Origin: an uncultured bacterium
Lineage (GTDB): Bacteria > Babelota > Babeliae > Babelales > RVW-14
Direction: 5' to 3'
DNA: 64,000 bases
NCBI GenBank assembly: GCA_963759805.1
Contig: CAVXAT010000011.1
Location: 58,816 to 122,815 of the forward strand
Shown: positions 57,977-64,000 of the stretch, one piece after another
How the letters are laid out: every line of letters begins with the position of its first letter
Numbering within the stretch: the first letter of the stretch is position 1
Program-made: the position numbers and the translations under genes
Notes under the pieces: generated by a model
Database searches by the model: none
Seen by the model: only the letters and a program-made list of their open reading frames with translations
What the model was told of the DNA's origin: nothing

Positions 57977-60425
57977 TAACTTTGCTAACATAGCTTGCCA
58001 ATAACTTTTTCTGCCCACATTTAAATGCCACTGTTAAATAGAAGTCTTCAGAATTTTTTTCAACTTTGACGATAACCCCTTGCCCAAATTTTTTATGAGC
58101 AACCATAAGCCCACTTCTCCAGCCCCCCATTAATTTGCCGGTATCCAAAGAAGAAGATTTTGTAACCGAAGGTTTTGTAACCAAGTTCTTGGAAACTGCC
58201 AGCTTTGAACCCGTTGGGTTCGAAACCGTTGGTTTTGAAGCCGCTGGCTTTGAAAACGTCATTACGGAACTGGGCAAAACACGTCCGGAAAACCATGATT
58301 CAAGAGTTTCAGTTATTTGCATACCCAACATTTTCTCAAAATCAACTTTGTGAACTAACTTGGAAGGAATTTCAGATAAAAATCTTGATGCCACTTGCTC
58401 AACAATCTGCCCATAACTGTTGCGATATGAAGCAGTAAAAAGCAATAAATACTCCTGTGCTCGTGTTATACCGACGTAGAACAGGCGCCGCTCTTCTTCT
58501 AACGCCTCAGAAGTACTTAAAGATTTTGAGCCGGGAAGAAGTCCCTCATCAAGACCCGAAATTATTACCGCTTCAAATTCAAGACCCTTTGCCGCATGCA
58601 GAGTCATCATCTGAACTTTGTCGCTATTTTCATTCTGCGCAAGTTTTTCCTGTAACAGTGCAATATCATACAGATAATTTTCGAGTGAGGGTGCTGTCGG
58701 CGCCCACGTATCAGAAAAATCACCCAATGGGTCATCAGGAGAAGATATCAATGCAACGTTAACAACTTTGGCAGACGTAGCCAAAGTACTTGCAACCTTA
58801 GTGCCGACAACCTTTTTTTCAGTGCTGACAACTTTTTTTTCAAAAAACTGCGCCGAACTCAAAAATTCTTTAACGTTCTCAATTTTTGCTTCAGCCTCTT
58901 TAGGATCATAATTTTGACGAAGATATCCCAAATAATCAGTCTCTTTTAAAATTTTTTCAATCGCCTTATCGGGTAACATTGAGCTATCAAGGCCATCAAA
59001 AACTCTTAAAAAATCCCCAATTGAAATCTGCTTTCCCATCGGCTGGGAATCTTTTAGCAACTTCAAAATCTGCTTGAAATCAAGCATCGGATTTTGCATC
59101 CATGCATCAAGAACATCCTGTTCAAATTTGGGGCCCAAGCCACGGGCCGGACAGTTGATAGCACGAAACAAACTAAGTTTATCAAATGGATTTGCAATTA
59201 TTCGCATGTAAGCAAGCAGGTCTTTTATCTCTTTACGTTCATAGAACTGCAGCCCTCCAATAATTTTGTAGGGAATAGAGTGATAAATTAGGGCCTCTTC
59301 AATCTGTCGAGACTGAAAATGAGTTCTATATAAAATTGCAACATCACTCAACTTATTTTTTTTATCTAATTTCTTATTTTTATCTTTTACAAAACTTTGG
59401 ATGAAACGTGCAATAGCGGCAGATTCCTGCTCACTCGAGCGACAATGTCCAACCAGAATTCGATTTTTGGCCTCTTTTTCAGACCAAAGATTTTTGGGAT
59501 TACGTAAACGGTTATTCTCTATAACATTATTAGCCGCGTCAAGAATCGGTTGCACCGAACGATAATTTTGTTCAATCTTAATGACACTCACGGGCGAAAA
59601 ATCACGTTGAAAAGAAAGCATATTTGCAACCGTTGCACCACGCCAAGAGTAAATCGACTGATCTTCATCACCCACTGCACACAAAGACTTTATCGCAAAT
59701 TTGTTATCCGCATCAAGTGCCATGTACTGTAACAACTGATGTTGCACCACACTTGTGTCTTGGTATTCATCAACAAGAATGTGTCGAACCCGTCTTTGAA
59801 ATGTTTTTCTAAAATCAGCATTTTTACTGAAAAGATTTAATCCCTGTATCAACAGATCATCAAAATCTAGGCAGTGCGCAGCAGCCTTTTCAATCTCATA
59901 TTCACGATGAATTTCACGAATAAATTGTGGAACTAAGTCTTGGGCCTGTTTTGTTAAAAGATTATTTTTATAGGTTGAAATCTGATAGCAAGCTTGACTT
60001 GCAGTTGTATACTTTGTCAAAGCGTTCTTGGTTATAATTTTTCTTATAATATCTACTTGATCATCGCTGTCGATAATTGAAAATTCAGGAAACGGCAGCA
60101 ATGCGGAATTTCTTCGTAAGAGCAACAGACAGTATGAGTGGAATGTCCCTACAAATGGCACCTTTTGTGATGGACCTAAAAATGAGGATATTCGCTCCTT
60201 CATCTCCCCTGCCGCTTTATTTGTAAAAGTAAGTGCAACGATTGATGATGGATCCGCATCCTGATTAAGAATTAGATTTGCAATGCGTGCGGTGATTACC
60301 CGAGTTTTACCCGAACCCGCACCGGCAATAACCAATGTGGCAGGATCTTGGCTTTTAACAGCCTTCTTTTGAGGAGTATTTAAATTCTTTTTTAAAAATT
60401 CGTCAAACGCTTGTTTATGTTCCAT
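57969..60425 (-). CDS. uvrD: UvrD/PcrA ATP-dependent DNA helicase
   Basis: LN..QK.AV, AGAGSGKT, TFTNKAA, DEYQD, VGDEDQSIYSWRGA, EQNYRS, TLHAAKGLEF, EERRLFYVGITRA; C-terminal H.KFG.G domain. Confidence 0.96.
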   Translation of the reverse strand: MEHKQAFDEFLKKNLNTPQKKAVKSQDPATLVIAGAGSGKTRVITARIANLILNQDADPSSIVALTFTNKAAGEMKERISSFLGPSQKVPFVGTFHSYCLLLLRRNSALLPFPEFSIIDSDDQVDIIRKIITKNALTKYTTASQACYQISTYKNNLLTKQAQDLVPQFIREIHREYEIEKAAAHCLDFDDLLIQGLNLFSKNADFRKTFQRRVRHILVDEYQDTSVVQHQLLQYMALDADNKFAIKSLCAVGDEDQSIYSWRGATVANMLSFQRDFSPVSVIKIEQNYRSVQPILDAANNVIENNRLRNPKNLWSEKEAKNRILVGHCRSSEQESAAIARFIQSFVKDKNKKLDKKNKLSDVAILYRTHFQSRQIEEALIYHSIPYKIIGGLQFYERKEIKDLLAYMRIIANPFDKLSLFRAINCPARGLGPKFEQDVLDAWMQNPMLDFKQILKLLKDSQPMGKQISIGDFLRVFDGLDSSMLPDKAIEKILKETDYLGYLRQNYDPKEAEAKIENVKEFLSSAQFFEKKVVSTEKKVVGTKVASTLATSAKVVNVALISSPDDPLGDFSDTWAPTAPSLENYLYDIALLQEKLAQNENSDKVQMMTLHAAKGLEFEAVIISGLDEGLLPGSKSLSTSEALEEERRLFYVGITRAQEYLLLFTASYRNSYGQIVEQVASRFLSEIPSKLVHKVDFEKMLGMQITETLESWFSGRVLPSSVMTFSKPAASKPTVSNPTGSKLAVSKNLVTKPSVTKSSSLDTGKLMGGWRSGLMVAHKKFGQGVIVKVEKNSEDFYLTVAFKCGQKKLLASYVSKVNA
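58156..58260 (-). repeat. Seven degenerate 15-nt units in the UvrD C-terminal linker
   Basis: GATTTTGTAACCGAA / GGTTTTGTAACCAAG / ... / GGTTTTGAAGCCGCT / GGCTTTGAAAACGTC. Confidence 0.85.
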
Positions 60426-60551
60426 CCGAAATAACTTTCAACCAAATTCCAACTAAAATTCGAAAGTAATAACGAATGGCAGTATACAAAAATTTTCAGG
60501 CGCTGGGAAATAAAATATAAATATGGGATGCGTTAAACGCTTAACTTGTCT

Positions 60552-60592
60552 ATTGCAATAAAATAAATAGCCCCTTATTATTTTATTGCAAT
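60552..60592. promoter_or_regulatory. Perfect 15-bp inverted repeat overlapping a sigma70-like promoter
   Basis: ATTGCAATAAAATAA-11nt-TTATTTTATTGCAAT; TTGCAA-17nt-TATTAT. Confidence 0.55.
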
Positions 60593-60652
60593 TTCGAGTA
60601 CCGTTGTTTTAGAATGAAATTTAAAGCTATTTTTCACGAAGGGGTTTCACTT

Positions 60653-60985
60653 ATGTTTATTGAAATTGATACGACAATGAAGTGTGGTAACTGTGGCAGA
60701 GAAATGGGCTTGATGGAATTTTTAACCTACGTCGAAGCATATTTTCTTAAAACAATAGTTCCTGCAACAATACCTTTTTTGCTTGCTGCAATAGCAACTA
60801 AGCTTTCGATTGGCACAAAAGAGATCAATATTGGTAAAACGAGAGGAGTAATTGACACCAGCATGGCAGGACTTTCCAATAATTTTTCAATTACTTGCCC
60901 TCATTGCAAGCAAGTTGACTGGTACCCAGCTTCGGGAAAAAAGCCCCAAAAAGTGAAAGCAAAAAGCAAGAATGTAGTAGTTTAA
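60653..60985 (+). CDS. Small protein with two CxxC pairs (zinc-binding candidate)
   Basis: CGNC...CPHC; RBS-like AGGGG before ATG 60653. Confidence 0.65.
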   Translation: MFIEIDTTMKCGNCGREMGLMEFLTYVEAYFLKTIVPATIPFLLAAIATKLSIGTKEINIGKTRGVIDTSMAGLSNNFSITCPHCKQVDWYPASGKKPQKVKAKSKNVVV

Positions 60986-61009
60986 AAAATATTAAGGGGG
61001 AGATTGGAA

Positions 61010-61471
61010 ATGAAGTTTGAAAATAGCATTTTTACATGCTGTGCTTTGATGGCTCTGTTTTTAGGTTTTTTGCAATGCGAAAACCTGGTTGATCTTAATG
61101 ATCCACAAGTTATTAAGCAGCAAACAGAAGATGTTGCCACATTTGCCTCTATGGTTACCTCATGGAAAAATGCAATCGAAAAATATTCTCAAAAAAATAA
61201 CATTGATCTCGAAATTAAATGTAAAAACTGCGACCAAAGGGTATTATCCTTGGGCGAGTTTGATGGCTGCTTGTTGGCATGGATTATTAAAGCTATTTCT
61301 GATGGACACGATGCATTTGAAAAAAATAAAGCGATTGCTGAGGCGTTCATCAAGTTGCTCTCTGACAATGCTTCGGCCGAAGAACTTATAAATTTTATGC
61401 TTAAAACATCAAATGACATGAAGCAAGTTTGCACTAATTGTCACGGTGTTATTTGGGAAAAAATAGCTTAA
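61010..61471 (+). CDS. Secreted or lipoprotein-like protein with two CxxC pairs
   Basis: Hydrophobic N-terminus ending FLQC; CKNC...CTNC. Confidence 0.65.
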   Translation: MKFENSIFTCCALMALFLGFLQCENLVDLNDPQVIKQQTEDVATFASMVTSWKNAIEKYSQKNNIDLEIKCKNCDQRVLSLGEFDGCLLAWIIKAISDGHDAFEKNKAIAEAFIKLLSDNASAEELINFMLKTSNDMKQVCTNCHGVIWEKIA

Positions 61472-61611
61472 AATGGTGGGATATACAAGTTTTTGCTGTA
61501 TTTAAGCACAAAGGATGTCGGGGACTAGGAGTTTTTATATAAAAAACAAGAAAAATGCTCCAAAAACTTGGCTTACCTGGCAATAAACGACAATTTTGCT
61601 AGCATGAGCCT

Positions 61612-63867
61612 ATGAATACAGTAAAAATTAAACGAATTTCAATATTAATCGTAGGACTTTTGGCACTGTTTGCAACCACATGGGTTGAGCTTTTTCTGCA
61701 ACGCGAGCAGAACGCAATTGGCGCCGGAATCAATCGTGCCTTTCTTTTCCTGCTGATTAATTTTCACGTGATTATAATAGCTTTTCTGTTGTATGTAATA
61801 ATCAGACAGAGCATAAAACTGTTTCTCGAGTGGCACCGCTCAACTCCTGGATCGGTTTTCAAGCGCAACCTACTTTTTGCCCTAACACTCTTCTCCGTCA
61901 TCCCATCATTCTTTGTTTTTTTCACTGCAGGCAAGTTCATATCAACAAGCATTGATGACTGGTTCCACATACGCATAAACCAGGGACTGCAAAATGGATT
62001 AAAACTTCACGAGATTCAGACAGAAAACATGCGTCAATCTATAAAAGAGCTGGGGCAGGATCTTTTTAGAAACATAACTTCAAAAGTCAAACTGGAAGAT
62101 TTGCAAAATCCAAAATCTGTCGAAGTCTTTAATGCTGAATTCGAAAACTTAAAATCAACTCATCCTGAGACAAAAAATTACTCATTTTATGTTTGGACAG
62201 AAAATCGAATTGGAATTTTGGGAAAAACAAAGGATGAAGTTTTGGTCTGGCGCGATTATCGAAAACTTAATGATCGCACAACGCATCATCTTAGAAAAGA
62301 GTTTTTTCGGGCCCTAAAAAATCATGAGAGTAAAGATCGTGAAAATGGGATCCATGAAAGCATAGAGCCTTTCGATTTTTACGGTTCATTGTACTGGGCA
62401 AAAAAAATTAATAACGTGTATTTTATATTAGTTCAAAGATATCCATCATCAATCAGATATCCACTTATTGAGATTCAAAATTCAATTTCAGATTATCAGC
62501 AGTTAAAATCAATGCGTAATCCAATTTACTTTTCTTATATCTGCACCTTTATTTTTATCACACTTCTAATCTTGCTTTTATCAATGTGGTGTGCATTTTA
62601 CTTCGCACGCGGGCTTGTAAAACCAATTCAAGAACTTTTGAGTGCCATGACACAGATAAGAAACGGTAACTGGGATGTAAAAATAAATTATCATCCGGAT
62701 AATGATTTAAGCCATTTAACACATGGATTTAATGATATGACCAATGCGCTCCAAACTGCACATCTGCAGCTTAATGAAAAAAACCGTGAAATGATGTTAA
62801 TTCTTGAAAACATTCGAGCATCAGTCTTTTTGGTAAACAAATTTGGGCGGATAATAACCTCAAACATTCCGGGCCAAAAGATGATTCTCAGCTTTTCCGG
62901 CAAATCAGAATGCAAAAACAAAAAAATAAACATCTTTGGCCCCGAAATTAAAAATAAGATAATTGAGTTGACCCGTGAATTAATAAAAACGCAAAAGCAA
63001 AGCACAATCAAAGAAATCTCACTCACACCATGTATTAATAATGGGGAGGAAGATAAAACCCTCATGATCCATCTGGCAAAAATTAACATTGAGCACTCTA
63101 TGCAAGGCCCTGAGGCGGGATTACTTATATTCATTGAAGATTTAACGGATATAGTCAAGATTAATACACTCAAAACCTGGCAAGAGGCTGCCAAGCAGAT
63201 GGCACATGAAATTAAAAATCCATTAACTCCCATTCAAATAGCCACACAACGCCTACAGCGTAAATACAATACTATATTAAATAATGACCAAGCATTTCTC
63301 GACTGCACAAATACAATTCTTGAGCAGGTAAAAACAATCAAAGATCTGGTTTCACATTTTTCAAAATTTGCATCAATGCCGCAACTTTTCCTTGAGATGG
63401 CAAATATAAACCAGCTTATTACTGACACAATGCGTTTATACCAAGTTAGCTACCCAGAGATTAATTTAACGCTTAATCTTGATCATGCTATTCCTGAAAT
63501 AAAACTAGATAAGAAAAAAATACGCAGGGTATTTACAAATTTACTCGATAATAGTGTCAGAGCAATTCAACAAGCAGAAACACAAAAAACAGACTACAAG
63601 CCATTTATCAAAATTCAGACACGATTTATAAAACATCAAAACAAAATTGAAATTTTATTTATCGATAATGGACCGGGGATTTCCAAAATAGTTCAAAATA
63701 AACTTTTCATGCCTTATGTTTCCACTGATAAAAAGAATATGGGGTTGGGGCTTGCAATAGTTCGTGATATTATTGAACAGATGGGCGGAAAGATTGAGCT
63801 GAACCAAGCCGAACCTGGAACCAAAGAAATCGGCGCTCAGTTTAAAATAGAACTTCCTGTAAGTTAA
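61612..63867 (+). CDS. NtrY-like sensor histidine kinase (TM-HAMP-PAS-HisKA-HATPase)
   Basis: WQEAAKQMAHEIKNPLTPIQ, NLLDNS, DNGPGI, F.PYVST, GLGLAIV. Confidence 0.92.
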   Translation: MNTVKIKRISILIVGLLALFATTWVELFLQREQNAIGAGINRAFLFLLINFHVIIIAFLLYVIIRQSIKLFLEWHRSTPGSVFKRNLLFALTLFSVIPSFFVFFTAGKFISTSIDDWFHIRINQGLQNGLKLHEIQTENMRQSIKELGQDLFRNITSKVKLEDLQNPKSVEVFNAEFENLKSTHPETKNYSFYVWTENRIGILGKTKDEVLVWRDYRKLNDRTTHHLRKEFFRALKNHESKDRENGIHESIEPFDFYGSLYWAKKINNVYFILVQRYPSSIRYPLIEIQNSISDYQQLKSMRNPIYFSYICTFIFITLLILLLSMWCAFYFARGLVKPIQELLSAMTQIRNGNWDVKINYHPDNDLSHLTHGFNDMTNALQTAHLQLNEKNREMMLILENIRASVFLVNKFGRIITSNIPGQKMILSFSGKSECKNKKINIFGPEIKNKIIELTRELIKTQKQSTIKEISLTPCINNGEEDKTLMIHLAKINIEHSMQGPEAGLLIFIEDLTDIVKINTLKTWQEAAKQMAHEIKNPLTPIQIATQRLQRKYNTILNNDQAFLDCTNTILEQVKTIKDLVSHFSKFASMPQLFLEMANINQLITDTMRLYQVSYPEINLTLNLDHAIPEIKLDKKKIRRVFTNLLDNSVRAIQQAETQKTDYKPFIKIQTRFIKHQNKIEILFIDNGPGISKIVQNKLFMPYVSTDKKNMGLGLAIVRDIIEQMGGKIELNQAEPGTKEIGAQFKIELPVS

Positions 63868-63931
63868 GTAACCCAATTCGACAGCTCAGGAAAAGGACTA
63901 AGGTATCGAAAGCGTCTTCCAATCAAAGATT

Positions 63932-63978
63932 TGTCATCCTGAACTTGATTCAGGATCCATGGATTAATAAACTTCCCT
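63932..63978 (+). repeat. REP-like hairpin, family B, copy 4
   Basis: TGTCATCCTGAACTTGATTCAGGATCCATGGATTAATAA. Confidence 0.9.
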
Positions 63979-64000
63979 GTTTTTGATTATTTAATCTTTT

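Noticed and set aside
4934..60489. GCAGTATA shared upstream of rarA (4934) and uvrD (60479) as a possible SOS box
   Set aside because: Not palindromic, in opposite orientation relative to the genes, and explained by -10 elements (TATAGT / TATACT)
61430..61444. CTNCH as a cytochrome c heme-binding motif
   Set aside because: It pairs with an upstream CxxC and aligns with CPHCK of the neighbouring protein, so a zinc site is more parsimonious; no cytochrome maturation genes in the window
63872..63915. TTCGACAGCTCAGG...TATCGAA as a decayed family-A repeat
   Set aside because: The match is too short and lacks the stems and ends; cannot be supported

Overview
AT-rich bacterial chromosomal window. 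It most likely comes from an intracellular protist symbiont of the Dependentiae/TM6 (Babeliales) type; this is an inference from the many signal-peptide-bearing ankyrin, F-box and WD40 proteins among housekeeping genes. Housekeeping genes: murG, dciA, rarA, murJ, lolD-like ATPase, lon, rpsF-rpsR, typA, PBP1A, uvrD/pcrA and an NtrY-type kinase. Accessory content: a minimal IS200-family element, an archaeal-type upper mevalonate operon (HMGR, HMGS, thiolase, DUF35, MVK), a glycosylation locus with three GT-C paralogs plus GalE, AsnB and ManC, a putative outer-membrane operon (two ~1020-1030 aa paralogs plus a beta-barrel), and a large repeat protein. The most striking unannotated signal is a modular GC-rich palindromic element family inserted in frame into proteins, twice in mevalonate kinase and once in a TPR protein. 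One copy has TA-flanked inverted ends and two carry nested 36-nt hairpins, reminiscent of Rickettsia palindromic elements. A second, intergenic REP-like hairpin family shows covarying base pairs, and 15-nt in-frame tandem duplications recur in unrelated genes. Several frameshifts, some mutually compensating, look like sequencing or assembly errors. No CRISPR, tRNA or rRNA was recognised.
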